DNA of 62,021 nucleotides, the filler included, from an uncultured Chlamydiae bacterium (lineage in GTDB: Bacteria; Chlamydiota; Chlamydiia; Chlamydiales; SM23-39), in NCBI GenBank assembly GCA_937899275.1. It is 3 parts of 3 records of this genome, joined end to end, with 100 filler letters (N's around TTAATTAATTAA, not from the genome) between each part and the next. Parts side by side here need not be neighbours in the genome. Positions count along the whole stretch, not along the records: positions 28,266 to 56,607 come from CALBPE010000112.1; 2 more parts are not named here. The stretch is one strand, 5' to 3'. Shown one piece after another: positions 33,583-44,127 of the stretch. Both the position numbers and the translations under genes were made by a program. The stretch's first letter is position 1. The number at the start of each line of letters is the position of its first letter. Below the pieces are notes generated by a model, which had not been told where the DNA came from, ran no database searches, and saw only the letters and a list, made by a program, of their open reading frames with translations.

Positions 33583-34509
33583 TTATTTAGTGGCTATTAC
33601 TGTTGGGAAAATACAATATTGGTCAGAAATAACCTGTACATTTGTAAATCCTACAGAATAAAAGTTTTTACATAGCTCATTTAAAGTAGAGAAATTTCTC
33701 CACTTGCATCCCAAAACATCCTGAAAAATAATTTTCTCCATTAACAAATCTTTGGGCGGTATTTTATCCAAGATCCATTCCGATTGCTTTTGATATCCTG
33801 GTGGATATGTAAGAGCCCCAATTATCAGAGCCCCTCTTTTTTTTAGGGCGCGATGAAACCCTTGATAAAGCTGTATCCGCTTTTTTTCTTCGGATACATA
33901 CACATTCAAACCGTTGCTTGTAATAAGATCGATTTGGTTGTTGAAAGGTAGGTTCCAGGCATCTTTCTCAAGAAGTTGAACGTGATCTGCTAAAGAAGAC
34001 TGCAAAGCTAACTCTTTAGCCAGTCTAAGAGATTTTGCATCTAAATCGATACCAAAAATAGAGATGGAAGAAATCTGAGAGTAATCCAGTGAAAGTAGAT
34101 CTCTCATCACTCCACAAGGTATTGAGGCTATCTTCATATCTTTTTTCAAAAACTTTTGAGTATGTGTTTGGAAAATACTAAATCTTTCCCTTGTCGCAAG
34201 GGTAAGGGGGCTTTTTTCAAGGATAAATTTTTCAACGGGAGAAAAAGGCAAGCCTTGTGAATTCAATCCTGTTATTGCTCCAACTTGTGGATGATTGATA
34301 ATGTAGTCAGTCCAAAACCCATCTGCACCCTTTCTCTCTATAAAAAATCTGCCCAAAGGAAATGAACTCAGATCATCTAAAATATCTAGCTGCTTTTTTA
34401 CAGAAACGTAGGGTAAATCACCTCGAAGAGTAATAGACTTTTTGAGCTCCTTGAGAATTGTTAATACTGATTCATTCGAAGCTCTATGTGTTGCGTTGTT
34501 TTTATCCAA
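33583..34509 (-). CDS. Class I SAM-dependent methyltransferase
   Basis: IASIPCGVMRDLL (motif I variant), GIDLD, DAWNL, DLITSNGLNVY, ALKKRGALI. Confidence 0.8.
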   Translation of the reverse strand: MDKNNATHRASNESVLTILKELKKSITLRGDLPYVSVKKQLDILDDLSSFPLGRFFIERKGADGFWTDYIINHPQVGAITGLNSQGLPFSPVEKFILEKSPLTLATRERFSIFQTHTQKFLKKDMKIASIPCGVMRDLLSLDYSQISSISIFGIDLDAKSLRLAKELALQSSLADHVQLLEKDAWNLPFNNQIDLITSNGLNVYVSEEKKRIQLYQGFHRALKKRGALIIGALTYPPGYQKQSEWILDKIPPKDLLMEKIIFQDVLGCKWRNFSTLNELCKNFYSVGFTNVQVISDQYCIFPTVIATK

Positions 34510-35019
34510 TCTCTTTCTCTACGGTTCACGGATTTGTTGGTCAAGATCTGTATAATCTGTAGTTCGAGCTATGTTTTTTAATAGGTTTTTTCATTCGGAT
34601 TAAATCATAAATAGTGCAATTCCGATTCCCGATAAAGTGAGTTAAGTATTTCTGTTGATAATCGCACTCAATCATTTCAATTTTGCCTCGAAAATTTTGT
34701 AAAATAATAATTTTTTATGCCTAATTTTACCAACTTTATTTTACGAGTTCGAATGTTCTCCAATCGGAGTGGATGATGGTATCCTCATTCTAATATAAAG
34801 ACGTAAAACTAGATTGATGTTAGATGCAAAACAAGACGTAGGAAATACAGCGTTGAGTATACGTTCGCTGTATTCGATAGGATTTTGTTTTCTACTATTG
34901 GGCCTGCTTTTCCAAAGCTGTAAGATCTCATATTGCTTGCAATAGAAAAAGTATTTTCTTTTACACCTTTGTTTTTTTGTGCGCATTTGACAAAATCGTC
35001 ATAAACCAAAAAGGAAAAA

Positions 35020-35814
35020 GTGTTGAAAAAACCTGCTACTTCTCCGATTGTTGCCGAGATGGAAGATAATATGCGAAAAAAATTGCGGTATATTGCATCC
35101 AAATTAAGCTCTATGCATACAGCAGCGATTCAGGGGGTATCTATTGTAGACGCAGCTTTGTCTTCTGATACGTTCAATACCGCTTTTGGTGGAGAAATTA
35201 CAGAAAAAACGGCAAAAGAGGTGTTTTCCTATTACAAAAAACGGAGTCAGCCCGCTTCGTGGTGGATCGGCCCTAGTGCAGAGTCTACATGGGCAAGCGG
35301 TTATTTACAGTCTGCAGGATTTGTGCTGGATGAAGTTGATGTAGGGATGGTCTGTGATTTAGATCAGATGAAAGACTTTTACAAATGGCCAGAAAATTTC
35401 ACGATTCGTCGCTGTAAATTTTCGAGTGACTATGCAGATTTTGGTTTTGTGATAGCAGAAATTTTTGATCCACCAGATGAAAAAGCAAAAATATTTTATA
35501 GCCAAGTCGCAAAAATCGATCCAGATCAGAGAAAAGATATGGCGTTTTTTGTCGGATATGAAAACGGCTATCCTGTGGCAACATCTTGCGCATTTTTTAC
35601 TAGCGTTGCTGGAATTTATGATATTGCAACAAAGAAAGATAAAAGAAATTTAGGTTACGGCTCAGCTATGCTTTACCGGGCTCTGATGGAGTCTAAAAAA
35701 ATGGGCTTAAAAAAAAGCGTTCTTCAGGCGTCTTCAAACGGTCTTAATCTGTATAAGAGATTTGGATACAAAAAGCTTTGTACATTTAGCGTATGGAATA
35801 ATCAGTTAGCTTAA
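35020..35814 (+). CDS. GNAT-family N-acetyltransferase
   Basis: GIYDIAT, RNLGYGSAM acetyl-CoA motif, LQASSNGLNLYKRFGY. Confidence 0.88.
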   Translation: MLKKPATSPIVAEMEDNMRKKLRYIASKLSSMHTAAIQGVSIVDAALSSDTFNTAFGGEITEKTAKEVFSYYKKRSQPASWWIGPSAESTWASGYLQSAGFVLDEVDVGMVCDLDQMKDFYKWPENFTIRRCKFSSDYADFGFVIAEIFDPPDEKAKIFYSQVAKIDPDQRKDMAFFVGYENGYPVATSCAFFTSVAGIYDIATKKDKRNLGYGSAMLYRALMESKKMGLKKSVLQASSNGLNLYKRFGYKKLCTFSVWNNQLA

Positions 35815-35857
35815 AAATGGGCGCGCCTTTGCGAGGCAGTCGATTATTCAGATGCAT

Positions 35858-36790
35858 TTATGTTGTAGAGTAGTTGACGTTTTCTAAAGGCTCTAACATC
35901 AGACCTGCTTCTAAACCTACCGATTTGTAAACAGCGCTTGCTAATCTAATGACTAAAACAAGATTGAAAAGAGCGGCTCCAAGAGCCGCAGAATGCCATA
36001 AGAGGCAAGCTGTCGCGACGATCATTAAAATAGAGGCAGCAATGCTGATCACTTTGAGCGCTGTTTTTCGAACGTGTAGCTGGCGTACGTTTTCTAGCAC
36101 AGTTGTGACTCTTGTTTGATCAAGAGACTTCGTTTGTACCCGTTCTTTATCTAGCATTGTAAATTGAGAGGCTACTGTTCCGCTCGTATTTCTGACTAAG
36201 CTTGCAAATTTCCGATGAATCATCGCCACTTTTAGATCGCTATCGGGAAGAGTTGTCCCCTCTTTTTTTTGGATCTCGTTTTTTAAGTTATCTTTTTCTG
36301 CATCTGTGCAGTGCAGCGTGCGGGTTAAAAACTGGGCAAATTCAGTTGGTAACGCATCTGGTTTGTCTTTAGGAAAGGCTTCATTGATCTCTCGATAAAA
36401 TGTTGCAGAGTTGTTCATATCATTCATATCTAAAGAAATTGTTAACCCTAAAAGGGCCGCCCCTACTGGAAGCATTAAAGAGGATAGCCAAGAGGGGATC
36501 CAAGAAATCCAAGCTTTACATCTAACAGCTGTCTGGATGGCGGCATCGGTCAGGTCTACTACACATAAAAGAGTATGCGCTACGCTAAAGCGAGTCGAAG
36601 GAGCGTCGTAGTAGGGCACGCTATTTTTTAGGTTTTCTTGGTGCTCTTGAATGCCCGCTAGATCACCAAATACGCGAAAAGCCGTAATGGCAGCTAGCCA
36701 TACCGAACCCGCACCTCGAAAGCTGGTAGCTTTTGGTGTAGGCAGCCGATTAGGAAAAGATCTTGGTGTGCTATATACTGCGCTCATCAA
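35858..36790 (-). CDS. Inc-like membrane protein (hypothetical)
   Basis: Ser/Thr/Pro-rich N-terminus; C-terminal bilobed hydrophobic hairpin VISIAASILMIVATACLLW-HS-AALGAALFNLVLVI. Confidence 0.55.
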   Translation of the reverse strand: MMSAVYSTPRSFPNRLPTPKATSFRGAGSVWLAAITAFRVFGDLAGIQEHQENLKNSVPYYDAPSTRFSVAHTLLCVVDLTDAAIQTAVRCKAWISWIPSWLSSLMLPVGAALLGLTISLDMNDMNNSATFYREINEAFPKDKPDALPTEFAQFLTRTLHCTDAEKDNLKNEIQKKEGTTLPDSDLKVAMIHRKFASLVRNTSGTVASQFTMLDKERVQTKSLDQTRVTTVLENVRQLHVRKTALKVISIAASILMIVATACLLWHSAALGAALFNLVLVIRLASAVYKSVGLEAGLMLEPLENVNYSTT

Positions 36791-36905
36791 TAGTTCTATT
36801 CTTTTTAGATATTTTACACAGAATTTTGTTAGAAATAAAGGAAATAAAAAATTTATACTATTTTTTTATTATAGTTTTATATTTAAATTAAAAAAATCTT
36901 ATAAA

Positions 36906-38336
36906 TTAAGGTGTAAAAGCGCTAAATGCTTCATTATCTTTTTCCGATTCCATTTCAATCGGAATATAGTCTTTAAACTGAGCGATTTCTTTTCTAAATA
37001 CCAAAGGAATTGTGCCAATTGCGCCGTGGCGGTTTTTCGCAATGATCAGCTCCGCCATACCAGGTTTATCGTAAGGGTCGTAGTATTCTTTTCTTAAAAG
37101 AAACAAGATCAAATCGCTGTCCTGCTCTAAGCTTCCCGATTCTCGAAGGTCGCTTAAAAGAGGTCTATGTCCCTGCCTTTCTTCTACCTTTCGGGAAAGC
37201 TGCGATAGGCAAAGGATCGGTACGTTTAATTCTCTTGCTAGAGTTTTGAGTAACCTGGAAATTTCTGATATTTCCAGCTGCCGACTTTCCATAGAACGGG
37301 TAGCTCCTGATCCAGATAAAAGCTGTAGATAGTCGATGACGATAAAACCGATATCGTAGATTTCTTTTAATCTTCTTGCTCTTGAACGAAGGTCGGTGAT
37401 TTTTAGCCCCGGCTGGTCGTCTATTACCATGATGTGTTTTTGCATTTCTTGTACGCTATACAAAATTTTTTGGTATTCACTACCATCGATAGAGCCGGTG
37501 ATGATTTTTTCTGATTCGATTTCTGACTGAGAGCAGATGATTCTATGAACAAGCTGCGATGCGCTCATCTCTAAAGAAAATACCGCGGTGGGGATATTTT
37601 GTTTGAAGCAGATGTTTTCTGCTAAGTTGATGGCCAAAGCGGTTTTTCCCATCGCCGGCCTTGCCGCTAAAATCATGAGATTCGATGGGTGAAATCCATG
37701 AATCAACTTATCCACATCGCTAAACTTTGTCGGAATACCCGTAACTTTACCCGCTTCTTCACCTAGCGTTAAAAACCTTTCTTGCCTTGCTTGTAACTCT
37801 TGAAGGTAGGGCTGTTTTGACTCTGCTTTTGCTCCCGATAAGATCTCTTTGATCGTCACAGCTTTTGCGCTACTTGTGACTTGAGAGATCTGATAAAAAG
37901 CAGCTTGCGCATCATCTAAAATCGCTGCAGGGGCTTCTTTTTCTTGCATGGCATCGTTTGAGATTTTTTCTGACGCCACAATCATCTTCCGAAGAAGCGC
38001 TTTTTCTTGGATGATTTTGATGTATTCTTCTACATAAGCCGATGTTCCTGCATATTGAGCAAGGCTTGTGAGGTAGCTTACGCCGCCGATTTTTTTTAGC
38101 AACTTTCGTTTTTTCAGCTCTTCTGCGACGAGATGGATATCGGCTGGTTTATCTTCTTGGTAGGCATGCTGCAGGACTAAAAATATGCTTTGGTGTTCTG
38201 CAAAGTAGAAATCTTTTTCTTGCAGCGTGTCGGCAGCGATATTGAGGCTGTTTACGCTACTTAACATGCAGCCTAAAACCATCATTTCTGATTCTTTTGC
38301 GTGGGGAGGAATGGGTAGTGAAGATGATTTTACCAT
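36906..38336 (-). CDS. dnaB: Replicative DNA helicase
   Basis: AARPAMGKT, FSLEMS, IDYLQLL, LSDLRESGSLEQDSD, AKNRHG. Confidence 0.98.
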   Translation of the reverse strand: MVKSSSLPIPPHAKESEMMVLGCMLSSVNSLNIAADTLQEKDFYFAEHQSIFLVLQHAYQEDKPADIHLVAEELKKRKLLKKIGGVSYLTSLAQYAGTSAYVEEYIKIIQEKALLRKMIVASEKISNDAMQEKEAPAAILDDAQAAFYQISQVTSSAKAVTIKEILSGAKAESKQPYLQELQARQERFLTLGEEAGKVTGIPTKFSDVDKLIHGFHPSNLMILAARPAMGKTALAINLAENICFKQNIPTAVFSLEMSASQLVHRIICSQSEIESEKIITGSIDGSEYQKILYSVQEMQKHIMVIDDQPGLKITDLRSRARRLKEIYDIGFIVIDYLQLLSGSGATRSMESRQLEISEISRLLKTLARELNVPILCLSQLSRKVEERQGHRPLLSDLRESGSLEQDSDLILFLLRKEYYDPYDKPGMAELIIAKNRHGAIGTIPLVFRKEIAQFKDYIPIEMESEKDNEAFSAFTP

Positions 38337-38406
38337 GAAAGAAGTGTAGCAAAGAAGAGAAAAACCAGCAAGAAAGGGGGCGTTAACCTAAAAGATAAGG
38401 GGAATG

Positions 38407-38447
38407 AAAAAATCCGAACGTTTAGATAGCTTGATCGAAACGTTCGG
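38407..38447 (-). terminator. Putative terminator after tRNA-Ser
   Basis: CCGAACGTTT...AAACGTTCGG stem followed by a T-run on the minus strand. Confidence 0.55.
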
Positions 38448-38452
38448 TCATA

Positions 38453-38539
38453 CGGAAAGAGAGGGATTCGAACCCTCGGTACCCGTAAGGGTACGCGTCC
38501 TTAGCAGGGACGTGCCTTCGACCACTCAGCCATCTTCCC
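38453..38539 (-). tRNA. tRNA-Ser (GCT)
   Basis: GGGAAGA acceptor, CGTCC-CTGCTAA-GGACG anticodon arm, long variable arm GTACCC-TTAC-GGGTAC. Confidence 0.96.
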
Positions 38540-38594
38540 AAAGACAGTTAGTTTAGGGCCTTTGGGGATTTTTCGCAAATTTCTGCCGAAAAGA

Positions 38595-39437
38595 CTACTC
38601 AAAGTGGTAAGGCTGGCTGATTTGCTTGCCGTTGAGTGCGTTCCAAAATGTGGTCATCTCTGAGCCGTCGGGATTTTGTACGGTGATTTCATAGACAGGT
38701 AGGTAGACATGCATTTCCTTACGGATCGCAAAATCTTCTCCAAAAGCAGATTTTGCCGTTTTTTTGATCTGTGATGCACGAAACTTCGTCGGAATTCTAG
38801 CGGCATTTTTTGCAAGTTTCGTCACAATCGGTTGATGGATAAATGTTGTGGGTTTCACGTTAAGACGAGGATTTTGCATGTGCAAGCGGAAAATGTTTCC
38901 TTTTTGCACGACGAGATTTTTTTTTCTGCAGACTTCAAGTAAGAAGTTGAGCTGTTCATTTTCTACATTTTTCAATGCTTTGACAAGCCCTTCTCTATCG
39001 ATTCTGCCCCCATTTTGTATTAGCGTATTGATGATGGTAAACTCTTCTTTACCAGCGCGCGCTTGAATACAATCGCTAAAGCCGTGCGTCTCTTCCCAGC
39101 TTGCAGTATTGACTACCATCTCACCGCCTACAAGGCTCCATAAAAGAAGGCCTTCACCTGTCTGGTAGCTGTTTTTTGCTGTGTATTTTACCTCCATGAG
39201 AAGGTAGGGATAAAATGTGAGCTTCGGCTCTAGATACAGGTGATCTCGATCTAGAAGAAGCGATTTACGGTGTTTTTCCATAAGCGCTTCTGCAGAATAG
39301 CGCACTTCTAACGTTTGAAATTTTCCTACAGAAAGAACATGGGATATAGCTGAGCGAAACTCAGGTACATGCTCCCAGGCCCAGTAGGGCCCGAAAACTG
39401 AAAAGGATAGAAAAAAAAGCAGCGAAAAAAAGCGCAT
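38595..39437 (-). CDS. Conserved chlamydial hypothetical protein downstream of rho
   Basis: N-terminal hydrophobic anchor; FYPYLLMEVKY, FGEDFAIR, WNALNG; position matches chlamydial rho-region order as recalled. Confidence 0.75.
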   Translation of the reverse strand: MRFFSLLFFLSFSVFGPYWAWEHVPEFRSAISHVLSVGKFQTLEVRYSAEALMEKHRKSLLLDRDHLYLEPKLTFYPYLLMEVKYTAKNSYQTGEGLLLWSLVGGEMVVNTASWEETHGFSDCIQARAGKEEFTIINTLIQNGGRIDREGLVKALKNVENEQLNFLLEVCRKKNLVVQKGNIFRLHMQNPRLNVKPTTFIHQPIVTKLAKNAARIPTKFRASQIKKTAKSAFGEDFAIRKEMHVYLPVYEITVQNPDGSEMTTFWNALNGKQISQPYHFE

Positions 39438-39520
39438 GGGTACAAACTGCTCCTTTTGTAAGCATTATCCGCAGTGCACTCTTCTTACATAGTGTAAACA
39501 GAATTTTTAGAAAAGGTTTT

Positions 39521-40864
39521 TTATTCTTTCATAGAGAGTAAAAATTCTGCGTTATTTTTGGTTTTTTTCAAACGCTCTAAAAGAAGCTTCAAAGCATCTA
39601 CCGGAGTTAAGTCAGCAAGTGCAGAACGCAGTAGATACAGCTTTTCCAGCTCTGCAGGGTGGTAGAGCCTTTGTTCTTGTCTTGCGCCGCTTTTCATAAT
39701 ATCGATAGAAGGATAAATCTTTCTGTAAGATAACTCTCTATCAAGGCGGATTTCCATATTTCCAGTACCTTTGAACTCTTCAAAGATAACCTCTTCCATG
39801 CGAGAGCCTGTATCGACAAGCGCTGTTGCAATGATGGTTAAAGAGCCGCCATGTTCGATATTACGCGCCGCACCGAAAAACCGTTTTGGTTTGTGTAGTG
39901 CGTTTGCATCCATACCACCTGTCAGGATTTTTCCTGAATGTGGCTGCACGGTGTTGTAGGCTCTTGCAAGCCTTGTGATCGAGTCAAGAAGAATCACCAC
40001 ATCGCCGCCAGATTCGACTAAACGCTTTGATTTTTCAATCACCATCTCAGCGATTTGGACATGCCTTTCAGGAGGTTCATCAAACGTAGAGGAGATCACC
40101 TCTCCTTTGATGGTCCGGGTCATGTCGGTGACTTCTTCTGGTCTTTCTCCAATCAGTAGAGCGATTAAGTGGACTTCAGGATTATTTTTTTCAATTGCAT
40201 TGGCAATATCTTGTAAAAGAAAGGTTTTCCCTGTTTTAGGTGGAGCTACAATCAGCGCCCTTTGTCCTTTTCCTACTGGAGAAGCAAGGTCAAGCACTCT
40301 AGTAGATAATTTGTTTTGCTCTGTTTCCATGATCAGACGCTCGTCGGCATATAGCGGAGTCAAGTTGGAAAAAAGCACCCGTTCTTTTGATTTTTCTGGC
40401 GTCTGGTGGTTGATTTTTTCCACCTTCAGCATTGCAAAGTATTTTTCTTTTTCTTTAGGTGAGCGGATGGTTCCATATAATGTATCGCCTTTTCGCAGGT
40501 CAAATCTACGTATTTGCGCAGGGGATACATAGATATCTTCTGCAGAAGGCATGTAGTTGTAGTTAGGTGAGCGCAAAAAACCAAAACCATCGGGAAGTAC
40601 CTCTAATACCCCTTCCCCATACAGCACTTCATTTGGTTTATTAGAAATGGATTTGACGATTTCAAATACGATTTGCGACTTGAGTAAAGACCCTGTAGAT
40701 TCTAGTCCGATAGATTTAGCAAATTCTTGTAATTGCGCAATTTGCATCCGCTGCAGTTCTGATATTTTTGTGATTTTCTTAGGCTGTACATCGGGTTTTT
40801 TATGTACAGGCGGATTTTTTTGCATCGTGGGCTGGGGTGGCACTGGGTTTTGGTTGTCATTCAT
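39521..40864 (-). CDS. rho: Transcription termination factor Rho
   Basis: [54 protein letters not shown]. Confidence 0.98.
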   Translation of the reverse strand: MNDNQNPVPPQPTMQKNPPVHKKPDVQPKKITKISELQRMQIAQLQEFAKSIGLESTGSLLKSQIVFEIVKSISNKPNEVLYGEGVLEVLPDGFGFLRSPNYNYMPSAEDIYVSPAQIRRFDLRKGDTLYGTIRSPKEKEKYFAMLKVEKINHQTPEKSKERVLFSNLTPLYADERLIMETEQNKLSTRVLDLASPVGKGQRALIVAPPKTGKTFLLQDIANAIEKNNPEVHLIALLIGERPEEVTDMTRTIKGEVISSTFDEPPERHVQIAEMVIEKSKRLVESGGDVVILLDSITRLARAYNTVQPHSGKILTGGMDANALHKPKRFFGAARNIEHGGSLTIIATALVDTGSRMEEVIFEEFKGTGNMEIRLDRELSYRKIYPSIDIMKSGARQEQRLYHPAELEKLYLLRSALADLTPVDALKLLLERLKKTKNNAEFLLSMKE

Positions 40865-40888
40865 TAGAACGTATACTCCTAAGTAGTT

Positions 40889-41476
40889 TCAAAGGTGGGT
40901 CAACTGAGAATACAGTTGACGGGTTTTTTTTTGTAATTCTTGTGTTGAGCCGTTATTTTCCAAGATATAATTTGATAAGGCCTTTTTTTTCTCTAAAGAT
41001 TGTTGTCTTTGCATCCGTTGATCATAATGAGATTTAGTACAGCGCCTTTTTCTAATTGTTTCTTCAGCAAGCACCAGGACAACACAATCAAACCAATCTT
41101 CTAAGCCAATTTCAAATACAAGGGGCGCCTCTACCACAAAAAGTGTGTGGGAAAATGAGCGCTTGGTAGTTTCATATTGACGGTAGATTTCCTCGATGAC
41201 ATGGGGATGAATGAGGCGTTCTAGTTCTCCTAACGTTCTAGGCTGTTTAAAAACTTTTTCTGCTATTTTTTCCCGGTCAATGACACCTTCTTTTAAGATA
41301 TCTTTGCCAAGAAGAGTAACGATTTGTTTTCTTAGACTTCCGTTTGAATATAACAGTTGATGGACAATAGCATCAGAATCTAGGACAAAAGCGCCAAGTT
41401 TTTGTAAATAACTGGCTACAGTAGATTTGCCCGATGAGATGGGTCCTGTAACTGCAATTTTTTTTAAGTTTAACAT
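40889..41476 (-). CDS. coaE: Dephospho-CoA kinase
   Basis: IAVTGPISSGKST, DSDAIVH, LIHPHV, EAPLVFE. Confidence 0.95.
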   Translation of the reverse strand: MLNLKKIAVTGPISSGKSTVASYLQKLGAFVLDSDAIVHQLLYSNGSLRKQIVTLLGKDILKEGVIDREKIAEKVFKQPRTLGELERLIHPHVIEEIYRQYETTKRSFSHTLFVVEAPLVFEIGLEDWFDCVVLVLAEETIRKRRCTKSHYDQRMQRQQSLEKKKALSNYILENNGSTQELQKKTRQLYSQLTHL

Positions 41477-44106
41477 TCACCCCAATTATTGCCAACCGAT
41501 ATGTCTATTACAAGCGGCACATTTAGGCTCCATACTTCTTCCATGGCCCTTTTTACCAGAGGCTTGAGTTCATTTAGCTCTTCTTCAGGAAGCTCAAAAA
41601 TCAGCTCATCGTGCACTTGCAATACCATCATTGCTTGTAAATTTTTAATTTCCTTATCGATAGCGATCATCGCGCATTTGATCAGGTCAGCAGCGCTTCC
41701 TTGCAGGGGGGTATTGACAGCAAGGCGCTCTGCTGCTTTTTGTAAGATGGGGTTTTTGTTGTGTAACTCAACAAGGGGGCGTTTTCGCCCTGTAATGGTA
41801 GAGGAAAACCCTTTTTCCTTCGCAAGTTCGATCGATTCTTGTATGTAGCTTGCAATGGATGTGTAGCGAGCAAAATACGTGTCGATAAATTGTTTAGCGT
41901 CTTTTCTAGAGATTTTTAGCTCCTCTGCAAGTCCATAGGCGCTTTGTCCGTATAAGATCCCAAAGTTGACTGCTTTTGCTGCATAGCGCATATCTTTTGT
42001 TACTTTGTCTAAAGGAACGTTGTAGACAAGAGAGGCGGTGTAGCTATGGATATCTTCACCTTGTTGAAATGCATGGATCAGCTCAGGGTCTTTGCTAAAG
42101 TGCGCTAAAAGACGCAGTTCAATTTGAGAGTAGTCGGCAGATAAAAATACCCAGCCCGGTTTTTCTGGCCTAAAGGCTTCTCGGATTTTCCTGCCCTCTT
42201 CTGAGCGAATCGGGATGTTTTGTAAGTTGGGATCGTTTGAAGAAAGCCTTCCTGTAGATACAACCGATTGATTGAAACTACAATGAATTCTACCTGTTTT
42301 TGGATGGACTGCTTTAGGTAGCGCAAGAGCGTAGGTAGATACTAATTTATCCAGCGAACGAAATCGTAGAATTTTTTCTACAAATGGATGATCTTTTGCA
42401 AGAGCTTCTAAAATCTTTGCCCCTGTAGCTGTACTTGTTTTTGCGCGGGGTGGTTTTGGTAGATTTAATTTCTCAAATAAAATCACGCTTAGCTGTTTAG
42501 GAGAGTTTAAATTGAAGGTTTCTCCCGCCTCTTCGTAGATGCTTTTTTTGATTTTTTCGAGTTTTTCTTGCAGATCTTTTCTTTGTGTTTCTAGACGCTG
42601 CGTGTCTAGAAACATCCCATTTCGCTCCATTTTTGCTAAGATTTTAATTAACGGCAGCTCGATGGTATGAAAAACGTCTTGCAGCTTTTCTTGTTCTATA
42701 CGAGAAGAAAACCGGTCTTGAAGACGCATGGTATAATCCACATCTTCACAGCAATAGTTTCCTACTTCTTCGATAGGCACATCTTCTAATTTGTCTGTTT
42801 TTTTCTTTAAAAGAGAAGATAAAGGCGTTTTTTTCTTATGAAATTCCTCTAAACAAAGAGCATCTAGGTTATGCCGCCTTTTTTCTGGATGAAGAAGGTA
42901 CGAAGCAATCATCGTATCAAAGCCGATGTTCTCGATAAAAAGTCCATGATTTAAAAGGACGTGGTGATCATATTTCGCGTTATGAGCGGTAAAAAACCGG
43001 TCTGTTTTTGCAAAAAATGGTTGTAGGTGCTTTTCCAAAACTTCTTGTGAAATAGAGCCGTTAAACGGGATATACACAGCGGTTTTTTCTTCAGCGGAAA
43101 ACCCAATACCTACAAGTCGTGCATCCAGCACAGAAAGGCTGGTGGTTTCTGTGTCAACGCCGATCACTTTTTGGTCTTCTACTTTTTTAAGCCAGTCGAG
43201 AAGCTCTGTTTCTGTACGGATAATTGTATAATGAAAGGGCTCTTCTTTTTCTGCGCCATCTAGCTCTTTGTATAACGTCATGAAGTGCATTTGATGGTAA
43301 AACGCTTTCAATGCAGGGATGTCTGGCGTATCGATTGCATAAAACTCTTCTTTTTTAGGTACGGCTACTTCTAGATCTAACCTTGCAAGTTCTCTAGAAA
43401 ATAGCGCTTCTTTTTTTTCTCGTATGAGGGTTTCTTGTTTTTTTTTGCCTGCTACTTTTTCAGGGTGCTGCAAGATGGCATCTAAAGAGCCGAACTGCTG
43501 GAGTAAAAGAGCAGCTGTTTTAGGGCCAAAGCCGCTTAGACCTGGAATGTTGTCTGCAGTATCTCCCATAATGGCCAGTAGGTCTAGCATCTGATCGGGC
43601 CGAACGCCGTAGATCTCTTCCACTTTTTTTTCATCAATAAGAAGGCCATTTTTATGAATATTGATCACCTGAATCTCCTCACAAATGATCTGAAATAGGT
43701 CTTTATCGCTTGTGCAAATGCGCGAGTGTATCCCTTTATTTTTAGCCCAAAGAGCGATAGATGCGATCGCATCGTCTGCTTCTACTTCAGGTACACAAAG
43801 AGCGGGTATACCTGCTTTTTTGCAAAATGCATACGCCCAGTCTATTTGCGGATAGAGGTCTTCAGGCGCTTTTTTTCGATGCATTTTGTACTCAGAATAG
43901 ATCTCCTGTCTTTTTTTGCTATTATCTGGCCCATCAAAGACGGCGACTATATGAGTAGGGGAAAAGGTATCTAAAACTTTTTGTAGAGATCGGATAAATC
44001 CATATAACCCCGATGTGGAGTTCCCATCGGGGTTTGTCATAGGACCGATAGCGTAGTAGGAGCGAAAAAGGTAATTTACCGCATCTAAAATGTAGATCGT
44101 TTCCAT
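41470..44106 (-). CDS. polA: DNA polymerase I
   Basis: 5'-nuclease EADD and GDTADNIPG; DTETT; ADYSQIELRLLAH; AKAVNFGILYG; QVHDEL. Confidence 0.98.
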   Translation of the reverse strand: METIYILDAVNYLFRSYYAIGPMTNPDGNSTSGLYGFIRSLQKVLDTFSPTHIVAVFDGPDNSKKRQEIYSEYKMHRKKAPEDLYPQIDWAYAFCKKAGIPALCVPEVEADDAIASIALWAKNKGIHSRICTSDKDLFQIICEEIQVINIHKNGLLIDEKKVEEIYGVRPDQMLDLLAIMGDTADNIPGLSGFGPKTAALLLQQFGSLDAILQHPEKVAGKKKQETLIREKKEALFSRELARLDLEVAVPKKEEFYAIDTPDIPALKAFYHQMHFMTLYKELDGAEKEEPFHYTIIRTETELLDWLKKVEDQKVIGVDTETTSLSVLDARLVGIGFSAEEKTAVYIPFNGSISQEVLEKHLQPFFAKTDRFFTAHNAKYDHHVLLNHGLFIENIGFDTMIASYLLHPEKRRHNLDALCLEEFHKKKTPLSSLLKKKTDKLEDVPIEEVGNYCCEDVDYTMRLQDRFSSRIEQEKLQDVFHTIELPLIKILAKMERNGMFLDTQRLETQRKDLQEKLEKIKKSIYEEAGETFNLNSPKQLSVILFEKLNLPKPPRAKTSTATGAKILEALAKDHPFVEKILRFRSLDKLVSTYALALPKAVHPKTGRIHCSFNQSVVSTGRLSSNDPNLQNIPIRSEEGRKIREAFRPEKPGWVFLSADYSQIELRLLAHFSKDPELIHAFQQGEDIHSYTASLVYNVPLDKVTKDMRYAAKAVNFGILYGQSAYGLAEELKISRKDAKQFIDTYFARYTSIASYIQESIELAKEKGFSSTITGRKRPLVELHNKNPILQKAAERLAVNTPLQGSAADLIKCAMIAIDKEIKNLQAMMVLQVHDELIFELPEEELNELKPLVKRAMEEVWSLNVPLVIDISVGNNWGEC

Positions 44107-44127
44107 AACAGCTATCGGTATCAGCGC

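Noticed and set aside
34510..35019. Possible eroded membrane-protein pseudogene between the methyltransferase and the GNAT
   Set aside because: Only short hydrophobic fragments; no family can be supported.
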